This document shows positions 53,116-63,098 of a DNA stretch of 64,000 nucleotides, in pieces; the stretch's first letter is position 1, and each line of letters opens with the position of its first letter. Below the pieces are notes generated by a model. That model worked only from the letters and a program-made list of their open reading frames with translations, was not told the DNA's origin and searched no databases. The stretch is taken from the NCBI RefSeq assembly GCF_000142905.1, contig NW_013657637.1:202971-266970 (forward strand), written 5' to 3'. The DNA comes from Thecamonas trahens ATCC 50062 (taxonomy: Eukaryota; Protista; Apusomonadida). The position numbers and the translations under genes are program-made.

Positions 53116-56100
53116 GCATGGAAGGAACAAATATTTGTAGTGATGGCGTGAGAGGGAGGAGAGAGAGAGGGGAGGGGGGAGTCGAGGGCGGGGGGGAGGG
53201 GGGCGGGAGGGCCCGACTTTGGCAACGGGAGAGGTCGAGGAGCGAGGGAGAGGGCGGGACTTCACACTTTGCACATACCCGTCTCTCCTTAGTAAGGTCA
53301 AAGGAGCGTGCTCGGGTGGAAGATTCGGCAACAGGCGGGATCTGGTTCGGCTGTGCGGATGGCGGGTATGCGGCGGGGATGGCGAGTGGCTGCATGTCTG
53401 GTCTTTTTGGTTTTTCGCTCTCCGATTTGGTGCTGGCACAGAGCGACAATGGCGCGGCGCGCAACTCGCTGCGGTCGGTGACGTGGACCATCGAGGCACC
53501 TGGAGTAGCAACAAGCACCACGACAGGCACGTTTCCAGCTGGGAGAGGTCAGATGAACCTGGTGGCTACCGCGTGCTGCACCGAAGACCTCGACAAGGCT
53601 GACTTTGACCCTTTTACGCAGCTTGGAGACATTGTCTTCACCTGGACGCGCACGCCGACTCTGCCGGCCGAGATCGCCAGCCCCATCCACGGCGTGGGCG
53701 TCATGTTTGGCCGCAACGGAACGTATGGAAGCCAGACGCTGGTCGACACCTCGATCAACACGCCGTCGACAACCTACACTTACACCGTTGTGGCCACCCG
53801 TGGCTCCGAGTCGGTCACCTCGACGTTCACGGTGACGACGCTCACGCCGCCGACGTGCTCCGGCTCGTGCTCGGCGATCAACGGCGCGCCGGCGCCGTCG
53901 ACCCCAGCGGTGACGATCGGCAATCAGCTTACATTTGACATGGCGGCGTGCTCCGAGGCCGGCGTGACGTACGGCGGAACGCTCATCATGGCGTTCCCCG
54001 GCGGGAGCATCGCCATCTTCTCCGAGTTCCTCGCCGCAAGCACGCCGTCGCTCGTCACCCGCGCCCCACCGATTTACGCGAGTGCTGCTGACTACAGCCT
54101 GACGTTCGCTCCGTACGCCGACCTAGCCAACAAGGCGCGGACGTCGTACGCACCGCCGTGTGGCGTGGGTGCGTCGTCGGCGACGATCACCCGGCCACCA
54201 GCGCTCGATGCGAGCTCGTCGACGCTTGCGCAGGCTGTGGCGTACTGGAAGAGCACCTCGCTGCCGGCCGCGGCGGGCTTCCGCACCTCGCTCGGCGAGT
54301 ACGCGCCGTTCCTGGCCGGGATCGCCGGCTCGGCCGCCGTCGCTGCCGCTCCGGCCTACAACCTCAGTGCCAACAGCTACGGCGAGATTGTGTCTGCGGT
54401 GTTGGATGAGCTCGCGGCGGGAGTCCGGGCCAACCCGGTGAGCGGGATGGATAGCGGCGGCGCGGCGCGGGCAACGCAGGCGCTGGTCACAGTCGTCCAG
54501 ACCCTGTTTGTCCACTACAACTCGTCGGCGGCGACGGTGGAGCTCCGGGCGACGCCGATCGTCAACTTTGCGCTGCCAGCCGACGACTTTGCCGCCGGCG
54601 TCGAGGTCTTTACCGGCCTGGTTGCACTGTACAATGCGTCTGCAGCCGACGATCGCAAGGGTATGGTTCAGGTCTCGGGCGTGCTGGCGGCCATGTCGCA
54701 GATGCTCTTTGACTCAACGCGGACATTTGGCTGCAACCAGACGCTGGCGGAGGCGGCGACGCGACTCGAGGCTGCGGTGCAGGTCCAACGCAACCTCGAC
54801 GTGGCACAGCAGAGCTGCGGGACGACGCCGCGGACCGACGCGGCGTCGTCGTACTCGGCACTCTTTGATCCGCGCCGGGTTGCGCTCGGCAGCGTGCCAC
54901 GCGTCCACTACGAGGCCGCCAACGGGGTGGGCACGCTGTTTGAGATAGGCTCGCTCGCCGGGTTTCGCGCCGCCGTCGGCGGCGCCACCACCTGCGTCCA
55001 CCTCTCCATCGCCACCACCGCCGGCGACCCGTTCCAGCTCCGCGACTGCAAGCCCGGCGAGACAATCGACCCGAGCTCGAACGCGACGCGCGGCGTCAAG
55101 TCCGGCTCGGCCGATGTCACGCTCCGCAACCAGGCCGGGAGCCCCATCTCGCTCAGCACGCTGGGCGGGGCGGGCAACTACGTGTACGTCGTGTTCAACA
55201 GCCCGGTCTCAGCCGGGACGGGAGCGACGACGCCGGGCTTTGTGCGGCAGTGTAACTTTTGGGATGAGGCGCGCGGGGCGTGGAACGGCGTCGGCTGCAC
55301 CATGCTCACCGGGCGGCCGTCGCCGGATCGGTTTGTGGCGTCGTCGTCGCCAGGCGGCTTCATCCCGGACTCGGTCATCAACGCGTGGTCGACGTCGGGT
55401 AGCCCAGCACTCTCGTCGGCGGCGTACGTCTGCCAGTGCACCCATCTCACCACGTTTGCGGTCCGCGACGACGTGCCGCTCTTCCTCGTTCCGGGCGTGG
55501 CGTCCGAGGACGACGCGCCCGACGTCGGCGGACCCATCCTTGTCACCATAGTCGTTGTCATCATCATCGTCGGCGTTACGGTCGAGGTGTTGGCGCTGGC
55601 AATCGGCGAGGAGGTGACGACCGGGGCCCGGCTCGGGCTCGACCGCATCCAGCTCTTCTTTGCGCTCGCACTCATCGGGCGCACCGTCCCGCGGTTTTAC
55701 CTTCGCCTTGCGCAGTACGTCTCGGTCTTTTCGTTCATCCGCCCGCCGCCGTGGGAGGCGAACGACTACCCAGGTGCGCCCGGACCACGTCGCAAGCTCC
55801 TTGCCGACGAGACGGCGATGGGCGTGGAAAAGTACGCAGCGTTTGCTGGCATTCCGGCGGACCACTTGCTCCTGACGGTCATCTGGCTTTTTGTCGCCGT
55901 CTTTGTGGCTGTCTACGCCTTTGCGGCCGCCTTTGCCTTTGGCTGCGCGCGGCGCCACGCGCTCGCCGCCAAGCTAAAGGCCAAGCTTCCGGGCGTTGGC
56001 ATCCGACTCGTTATGCTCGGCTACTTTCCTCTCATGTACACATCGTCGTACTCGCTAACCTTTGCCGACGACACCGACGTTCGGACCATGTTTGGCGTCG

Positions 56101-56831
56101 CCTTTGGCATCGCGCTCGTCATGTACGGTGGCGTCGGCCTCGGCTTTCCGGCATGGGCTGCCGGCCACGTCGGGATCAACGGCATTCGCGGCGGCAGCCT
56201 CGAGTCGGAGACCTTCCGTGCTCGCTACGGAGTGCTCTATGATGACTACGTCCGGCCGGACGTTCTCTTTGTCGCTGCCGTCCTCGCGCGCAAGCTGGTC
56301 CTCGGCTCGGCCATCGGCTTTTTCTCGCAGGAGCCCGAGACCGCCGTCGTTGTCCTCATCCTCGGCCAGCTCGCCTTTGCCGTCATCCTCGCCTGGCGGC
56401 GCCCGTACAAGGACGTCGTCCTCGAGGGCATGGAGATTGCTTTCGCATTTCTCGATGTCCTCCTCTTCGCGCTTCTCATCCCCTACACCGACCTCGGCAA
56501 CGACGAGGACACCGCCCCGGCGTGGATTATGACCATCCTGCAGTTTGCCGGCCTCCTCGCCACCCTTGCCATGGTTCTGTACAAGGCCACCAAGGCGGCT
56601 ACCTCCCGTCGCGACCGTGCCAGCGCCGCCGCCGCCGATAAGGAGCTCGGTGAGGGAAGCAGCTACACCTATGCAACAGCGGACTCGGGCTCGAGCCTGC
56701 GATCGGGTGTTAGCTCGAGCTCGGGAGTTGGCTCGAGCTCGAGCTCGAGCTCGGGCTCAGGCTCGGACTCGGGCTCGGGCTCGGGCTCGAGCTCGGGCTC
56801 GGGCTCGAGCTCGGGCTCGGGCTCGGCATAA
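53116..56831 (+). CDS. Large membrane protein with GAIN/GPS autoproteolysis domain and multi-TM (Flc/Pkd2 TRP-like) domain; 5' end uncertain
   Basis: CNFWD...WNGVGC...[14 protein letters not shown] motif. Then TM helices with LDRIQLFF...[27 protein letters not shown] and RRPYKD. Confidence 0.8.
56708..56828 (+). repeat. Coding hexamer repeat (tcgggc/tcgagc)n, Ser-Gly tail
   Basis: Directly visible. Confidence 0.9.
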
Positions 56832-57203
56832 AGGGGCCTAGTTTCTTTACGGGAGAAGGGGGGGGTGGCGCCCTTCGGGCGACACGACGATCGGAGAAGA
56901 CGAACTCTCATCCAATTGCACTGACTATTTTCCGATCACTGATCATCGGCAAACAATTCCAACTTTCTCATTCACTCCCATCCATGCTGCCTCCCTCCCC
57001 ACTGCGACGCCCCCCCTCTATCCCTGCCTCATCCACCCCCCCTCTTCCAGATAGGGTGGCGCGAAAGAGCACCGATCGACCGATCCACCCCATGGCCTTG
57101 CCCCCCCCCCCCCCAAACCTCTCGCTTCGCCGCCCTGATCACGATCGCGATCGCGATCACGATCGCGATCGGCGTGTCACGCACAAGCACCTCACGTCCA
57201 CCC

Positions 57204-58115
57204 ATGGCCATGGCAAGCCACAAGACGACAGTGTCGACACGGGTGCGGTGCGGGACGGACGCCGAGGAGGTGGTGGCGGAAGTGTGCTCCGCTCTGGCTG
57301 CGAGCGACAGCGTGGACGGCGTGGTGGCTGGCGCGGCCGAGGCATGGCTGGCGAGGCGAAGGAGTGTGGGCGGAGCGAGTTCCATGGCTGAGGACGAGGA
57401 GGCGTGGGACGGCGACGATGAGCTGCGTGGTGCACTGGCTGTGGTGGCGGTGTGTGTGGTGGCGGACGGGAAGGACGGCGCGAGTGTGGCTGCACTGGTG
57501 GCGAGCGATGGTGGTGTTGTTGGCTGGGTCTCGCGGGTGTACTCGGCGATGGCGGCAGTGGCGGGGCACGGGCTGGACGTGGTGGTGCAGGTGGCGGAGG
57601 TGCATGCGGCGGTGGCGGGTGGAGAGAGCGGGGGGCGGATGTATGGGCATACGTGTATGGGGGGGACCTTTGATCGGCTGCACATCGGGCACAAGGCGCT
57701 GCTGACGGGCGCGGTGATGGCCACATGTGGCGTGCTCAAGATAGGCGTCTCGGACGACGCCATGGTGGCGGAGAAGAAGCATGCCGAGCTCATCGAACCG
57801 GTCGACGTCCGCATTGCCGCCACCCGCACCGCCTGCCTCCGGATCCATCCGGGCCTCGAGTACTCGGTCTTTCCCATCCACGACATGTGGGGCCCGACCC
57901 GCGACGATCCCGAGCTGGACGCCATGGTCGTGTCGGCCGAGACCGTGGCTGGCGGCTACGCCATCCGCAAGGCCCGCAACGAGCGTGGCCTCACACCCGA
58001 GATCGACGTGGTAGTTGTCGACCTTGTTCAGCCGGCAGACGCTGGAGGCAACGACGTCTCGACCAAGGTCTCATCGTCGGCGCTGCGTGCGGCCGAAGCT
58101 GTGCGACAGGCGTGA
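57204..58115 (+). CDS. Phosphopantetheine adenylyltransferase (eukaryotic/archaeal type, stand-alone)
   Basis: GGTFDRLHIGHK (HxGH), WGPT...LDAMVVSAET..GG..I...R.ERGL, KVSSSALR. No dephospho-CoA kinase domain. Confidence 0.9.
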   Translation: MAMASHKTTVSTRVRCGTDAEEVVAEVCSALAASDSVDGVVAGAAEAWLARRRSVGGASSMAEDEEAWDGDDELRGALAVVAVCVVADGKDGASVAALVASDGGVVGWVSRVYSAMAAVAGHGLDVVVQVAEVHAAVAGGESGGRMYGHTCMGGTFDRLHIGHKALLTGAVMATCGVLKIGVSDDAMVAEKKHAELIEPVDVRIAATRTACLRIHPGLEYSVFPIHDMWGPTRDDPELDAMVVSAETVAGGYAIRKARNERGLTPEIDVVVVDLVQPADAGGNDVSTKVSSSALRAAEAVRQA

Positions 58116-58130
58116 TGCCCTGGGCCGCCA

Positions 58131-61100
58131 CTACGCATGCATGCGCTCGTAAAGCGGGGTGACGTGGAAGAGGTCGTGCTCGAGGGCGGCGATCTCCATG
58201 TCGAGAGCCGGAAGGATGGGCGCGGTCATACCGCCGCCGCGCTGGAGAAATTGCGGGCGGTCGTGGCCGCCCGTGTGGGCGCTCGCGTGGGCGGCGGCGG
58301 CAGGGTGCTTGCGGCGGCGGCGGCGGCGGGCGCGATGGGGCGCTCCGTGGCCGGCCTCAGAGTGCTCGGTGAGGTCGGCCTCGGTTGGAGCTGGGACGCC
58401 ATCGGCGGGGACGAGCGAGCCGACGAGTGAGGCTAGAGCGCCATGGGCGCGCTTGGAGTGGAGGTGGCGGCGCTCGCGGCGGAGCTTATTGCGGAGGGCA
58501 AGCATTTCGTTGTGGAGGTCGCCGTTGGCGCGGGACTTGGTCTCCAGCTCGATGTCGAGGGCGCGGACGGCGACGGCGATGTGATCGCAGGCGGTAATCG
58601 AAGTGGCGAGCGCAGCCTCGAGGAGGGCGCGACGCTGGGCATAAACCTGAAGCTTGCGCGGGTAGGTGGCATCGGGCGGGACAGGGGGCAGAGCGTCGAG
58701 CCGCTGGGCGAGCGCGACGGCGTCCTGGGTCCATCGGGCTGAGCCCGAGCCGGCCCACGCTGGCTCGGCCATGTGGCCCTGGCCCGAGACGAGCGCGGCC
58801 TGTGCGTCGGCAAGCAGCTCGACGCCAAAGGCTTCAGGCCGTGGCAGGTCGTGGCGCGGCGAGTGGCGCTTCGGATCAAAGGTCTCAGCGACCATGTCCG
58901 AGGCGACGACGGCGGCGGCGGCGGCGGCGGCTCGTGCCTCGGCCTCGGCATGGAGCGCGGCGTGGCGCGGCGAGTCGAGGCGCACCGCGCGGCGGTCGCG
59001 GCGCGGGCGTCCGCTCGCCGCCGACCGCTCATCGTCCTCCAGGATGAGCTGGACGTGGTCGGCGAGGTCGGCGGCGAGTGCCCGGAGCTCGGCGCCGGGC
59101 TCCTCCTCGGCGGCGGCCTCAGCGAGGCGGAGAGTGTGGAGCTCGGAAGGGGTCTTGGCGAGCGACGCGACGTGAGATGGCGAGTCACGGGGCGGTGACG
59201 AGTTCGGGTCGTGGGCCGAAGACGCTGAGTGCGGCGAGAGGGGGCAAGACGATGACGCCGAGGACGACGAGGAAGACGACGACGAGTACGCCGACGATGA
59301 CGAGGTGTCGAGCGAGGGATCGCCGCTTTCGGCGGTTTCGGCGACCGAGGCGAGCTGAAAGTTGCTCAGCATGGTGGTCGGCAGCGGGGTGTGCTCGACC
59401 GCCGGAGCGGAGGAACCCATGGCGGCCATCGACTTGCGGCGGCCGGACATTTGATAGCGGCGGATGCGTTCCATCTCTGCCACTTGCTTGGACGAGAGCT
59501 TCTGATTGCCGGTGCCCGAGAGCTGCTCAGCGACGAGGTCGGCGGTGGGGATGGCAGTGGACGGCCGGCGGGCCGAAGGCTCGCAGTCGTACGACATGTC
59601 GAACAGGATGTCTTCTTCGATTTCGCGGAGGAGGAGGACGCGGAGGAGATCGGTGATGGCCTCGACCCGGGTGATGTTGAAGCGGCGGCGCTGAAAGGAG
59701 CAGAACTCGGCGATGATGCGGCCAACGAGGTTGCCCTTGGACCAGTTGGGGAGCCGGTCGCGGCGCGGGCCGTGGCCGGGCGAGGTCGGGGAGGACGGCG
59801 GGCGGGAGGCGAGGCTGTCGACCTGTGTAAAATCGTCGTTGGCTTCGTAGGCAAAGGTGAGGTCGGAGAGGAAGATGCCTAGAAAGGGGATAGCCGGCGA
59901 GTGAGGGTCGGCGCGCATGGCCTCGCGCAGGTGCTTGAACGACCGCTGCGAGGAAAAGAGCTCGCGGATGGTGGTGAGCGTGGCAGTGGTGGAGGATGAG
60001 ACCGAGTCGAGGGTCTTCTTTAGCCGCGAAACCGGGGTCGAGGCAAAGGCGGCGTTGAAGGCCATGAGCGTGTTGTAGTTGCGGAGAGTAAGGAGCTCCT
60101 TGCATGTTTTGGCAAAGTAGGTGATGCGCTTGGAGCGGTCCTTGGCCTTTTTCTCCTTGAGGATCATGCCAGCGCAAAAGTTGGAGATCTTGTTAAAGTG
60201 CGCAATGAACTCGAGGATGTTTGGCGCGAGGTGCATGGTCTTTTTCTTGGACCACGCGAGGTCGCGAAACTCGGCCGGATCGATTCGCTGCAGCAGAGTC
60301 TGGTCGAGGAGGGTGAGCTGCCGCGCGAGGTCGGCAGGTGGGATGGAGCCAAAATCGAGTAGCGAGAGTGAGGCGCCGGGCTTGAGCTTGATCTTGGGCG
60401 GGGTGGGCCGGCCGGCTGGTGCCACCACCAGCGGCTCGAGTGGGACCTGCTGCATGGTCGCTGCGAGCTTGAAGAGCAGGTCCTCGGCGGCAGCCTCAAA
60501 GCCGAGCTCGGGCAGCCGCTTCTCGCACACCTGCTGCATGGCGGTGACAAACGAGGGCGAGTCGAGAAAGTCGCCACGAAACTCGGTGATCCACACGGCG
60601 AGCAGGTCTAGCGCCGCCGCCGGCTGCGGAAGCGCGCCAAGCGCCGTTGTTAGGTTGGTCAGATCGTCGGGCGGTGAGAGGAGGTCCAGGACCTTGAGGA
60701 GGAGGACGCGCGGCGTGCAGTACTTGCGAAAGACGTGAAGGAGGCGGCGCGGATCAACCAGGTCTGAGCCATCGGTGGCGAAGCGTAGGAGCTGGTTGAG
60801 CGACGCCGCAGCAAGATCCTGCGAGGTGGGCTCGCGGACAACGACGCTATCCTCGTCGATGTCATGAGAGGCAACTTCCTCCATCTCCTCCCAAAAGGCT
60901 ACCTCATTGAGAACCTGTGCCGAGGAGTAGACCGAGTCTGATCGCGGCTTGCTCATCGACGACGCAGCCTCGTGGATGATACGACCGGCGGCAGCACGCA
61001 TGGTCGACTGAAACTTGAGAAAGTGGGCATACTTTGCATCGTCACCATTTTGACTGGCACCGCGAGCAGAGCGAGGTCGACTCTGACTCTGCCCGCCATC

Positions 61101-61403
61101 ATGAGCATGACCATGAGCATGACCACGACCATCTGATTGCGGGTGATGTGAGCCATGCGGACCGTTGTGTGTATCGGCATTGGAGAAGGAGACTCTTGAT
61201 GATCTCCGCGAGGAGGTAGGCAGAGCAGCAGGAGATATGGTTCCCGAGAGTCTTGGCGATGATGGTGATTGGCCATGAGGCAGTCGTGTGGTGGCTGCCC
61301 ATGTCTGGCCCGTCGTCCCCGGGACGACCAACACGTCGTCGGCTCCGAGGTCACCGCCTTCTGACGACGAGTCCGAGTGGATGGCCAGGCGAGCAACAGA
61401 CAT
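58131..61403 (-). CDS. RasGEF (REM + CDC25 domain) with C-terminal coiled coil
   Basis: LARQLTLLD, APNILEFIAHFNKIS, LRNYNTLMA, VSRLKKT, IPFLGIFLSDLTF, NWSK. Confidence 0.92.
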   Translation of the reverse strand: MSVARLAIHSDSSSEGGDLGADDVLVVPGTTGQTWAATTRLPHGQSPSSPRLSGTISPAALPTSSRRSSRVSFSNADTHNGPHGSHHPQSDGRGHAHGHAHDGGQSQSRPRSARGASQNGDDAKYAHFLKFQSTMRAAAGRIIHEAASSMSKPRSDSVYSSAQVLNEVAFWEEMEEVASHDIDEDSVVVREPTSQDLAAASLNQLLRFATDGSDLVDPRRLLHVFRKYCTPRVLLLKVLDLLSPPDDLTNLTTALGALPQPAAALDLLAVWITEFRGDFLDSPSFVTAMQQVCEKRLPELGFEAAAEDLLFKLAATMQQVPLEPLVVAPAGRPTPPKIKLKPGASLSLLDFGSIPPADLARQLTLLDQTLLQRIDPAEFRDLAWSKKKTMHLAPNILEFIAHFNKISNFCAGMILKEKKAKDRSKRITYFAKTCKELLTLRNYNTLMAFNAAFASTPVSRLKKTLDSVSSSTTATLTTIRELFSSQRSFKHLREAMRADPHSPAIPFLGIFLSDLTFAYEANDDFTQVDSLASRPPSSPTSPGHGPRRDRLPNWSKGNLVGRIIAEFCSFQRRRFNITRVEAITDLLRVLLLREIEEDILFDMSYDCEPSARRPSTAIPTADLVAEQLSGTGNQKLSSKQVAEMERIRRYQMSGRRKSMAAMGSSAPAVEHTPLPTTMLSNFQLASVAETAESGDPSLDTSSSSAYSSSSSSSSSASSSCPLSPHSASSAHDPNSSPPRDSPSHVASLAKTPSELHTLRLAEAAAEEEPGAELRALAADLADHVQLILEDDERSAASGRPRRDRRAVRLDSPRHAALHAEAEARAAAAAAAVVASDMVAETFDPKRHSPRHDLPRPEAFGVELLADAQAALVSGQGHMAEPAWAGSGSARWTQDAVALAQRLDALPPVPPDATYPRKLQVYAQRRALLEAALATSITACDHIAVAVRALDIELETKSRANGDLHNEMLALRNKLRRERRHLHSKRAHGALASLVGSLVPADGVPAPTEADLTEHSEAGHGAPHRARRRRRRKHPAAAAHASAHTGGHDRPQFLQRGGGMTAPILPALDMEIAALEHDLFHVTPLYERMHA

Positions 61404-61452
61404 GGTATGCGTATGTGTGTGTATGGGGGTGTGTATGTGTGGTGGGGAGAGG

Positions 61453-61520
61453 GGTGGTGGTGGTGGTGGTGGTGGTGGTGGTGGTGGTGGTGGTGGTGGT
61501 GGTGGTGGTGGTGGTGGTGG
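61453..61520. repeat. (GGT)n microsatellite upstream of RasGEF, followed by GGGAT-like and (ggtgttgct)n repeats to ~61720
   Basis: Directly visible. Confidence 0.95.
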
Positions 61521-61759
61521 CCGTGGGCGGTTGGCGACATGGTTGGCAGGCGATTGGTTTCGGGTTGGGGAGATGGGGATGGGTTGGGGATGGGATTGGA
61601 AGGGATCGGGTTGGAGAGGAGAAAGGGGATGGGGATGGAGATGGAGATGGGGTTTAAGGCCGCTGGTGTTGCTGGTGTTGCTGGTGTTGCTGGTGTTGAC
61701 GGTGTTGGCGGTGTTGGCGGTGATCGCTCAAGGCAGGGGTGGGGCAAGGTGACGGAGTG

Positions 61760-62992
61760 TCAAGGGTCCGACATCGTAGCCCTTGCATACCAGGTCTTGG
61801 CTTGCGGTGGAAGATCGGGAACGCCTAGGGTGTAGACCATCCGCCTCCCCCAATGTAAGGTATGCTGGTAGGGAAGACGCTGCGCGTCTGCTAGGTCGTT
61901 CCGATCGACCAGACAGTGCGCATGCGCCACGCCGCTTGCACGCCAGACTGGACACAACTGGTCGGCCCACAGCAGCTCGATCCAGTTGACTGGCCGCCGT
62001 GCAAGATTCCGCCGCAGCATGGCCCGCGGCACGCCCAACACTCGCGCCCACATGAGCTCGTCGAGCGACAGCGATCGCAGTCGCCGGCACGTCCATCCCA
62101 CCCGCACCACATCCACCGGCTCATCCGCCCCAAGCAACGTCATGATGCTTATCCACAGCTCGGCAGGGAGTTCCGCCCACGACACGACATTGTTCGTCTC
62201 TCCAGCCGCCACCTCCTCGGTATCTGCTGCCGCGCTTGAGCTCGCGCCCGCGCTGAGGCGAGGTCTACTGTCGTCGTCACCGCCGCTCCTGACAGCCCAC
62301 GACGGCCGCGGCTGGTGGCAGAGCGGAGCGGCACAGGCATGGTCGGTGAGGCTCGACGAGAGACTCGGGATGCGCGACCAGGGCGTGACAACAAGGCGGA
62401 AGACGGGGAGGCCGAGGCCGAAGAGCGGGCTCTCGGGGAGGGTCTGGACCTCAAGGCCGGCGGCGGCGGCGACGAGGTGGACGGCTTGGCAGACAACATT
62501 GTCGGCAGCGAGGATTTCGAGGACAGGCAACCAGTTGTCATCGACAGGCGAGCCGGCAGAAGTCCGCGCGATGGAGCTGGCCGCCACAAGGCGCATGTGC
62601 TCGACTCCGGTCTCGGCGTCGATGTCGATGAACGCGTCTAGGCCATCGATCTCGGCGGCGACCACAGCGACGGCATCGCTCGAGAGCAGGGCGCGGCCGG
62701 CAAAGTACAGCATGTAGCTCGGCCCGTGGCGGTGTAGGTGGGTACGGACAAGCGCTTCCACCTGCGCAATGGTCGAGCTGACGGCCAGCGACCGCGCCTG
62801 CGTCGGAACCCGAGAGATCAGCGACGACACAATCTTGGCCACATCTTCCCATCGCTCTTGCGCTTCGCCAAGCGCGCCGGCGCCCATGCCTCGTCGGCGC
62901 GGGATATGACCTGACGATGATCCGGGCGAGGCCTGCGACGATGATGCAGCCGCCGCAGCCTGAGCCCGCCGCTTCTTCCGCCGACGGGGCAT
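61760..62992 (-). CDS. F-box domain protein (F-box in the C-terminal third)
   Basis: WAELPAELWISIMTLL...VVRVGWTCRRLRSLSLDELMW F-box consensus; basic NLS-like N-terminus MPRRRKKRR. Confidence 0.7.
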   Translation of the reverse strand: MPRRRKKRRAQAAAAASSSQASPGSSSGHIPRRRGMGAGALGEAQERWEDVAKIVSSLISRVPTQARSLAVSSTIAQVEALVRTHLHRHGPSYMLYFAGRALLSSDAVAVVAAEIDGLDAFIDIDAETGVEHMRLVAASSIARTSAGSPVDDNWLPVLEILAADNVVCQAVHLVAAAAGLEVQTLPESPLFGLGLPVFRLVVTPWSRIPSLSSSLTDHACAAPLCHQPRPSWAVRSGGDDDSRPRLSAGASSSAAADTEEVAAGETNNVVSWAELPAELWISIMTLLGADEPVDVVRVGWTCRRLRSLSLDELMWARVLGVPRAMLRRNLARRPVNWIELLWADQLCPVWRASGVAHAHCLVDRNDLADAQRLPYQHTLHWGRRMVYTLGVPDLPPQAKTWYARATMSDP

Positions 62993-63098
62993 GTTGCGAC
63001 AAGTGTGGTTCGTGTGGGGACGGGTCCAGATCTTGTTGTGCCGATCGTGTTGCTGTCGATGTCGTGGAGTTGATCGTACTCGTTATTGTTCTCCATCC

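Noticed and set aside
60953-61835. Poly-His, poly-Val, poly-Gly and poly-Trp ORFs
   Set aside because: Translations of the (GGT)n microsatellite.
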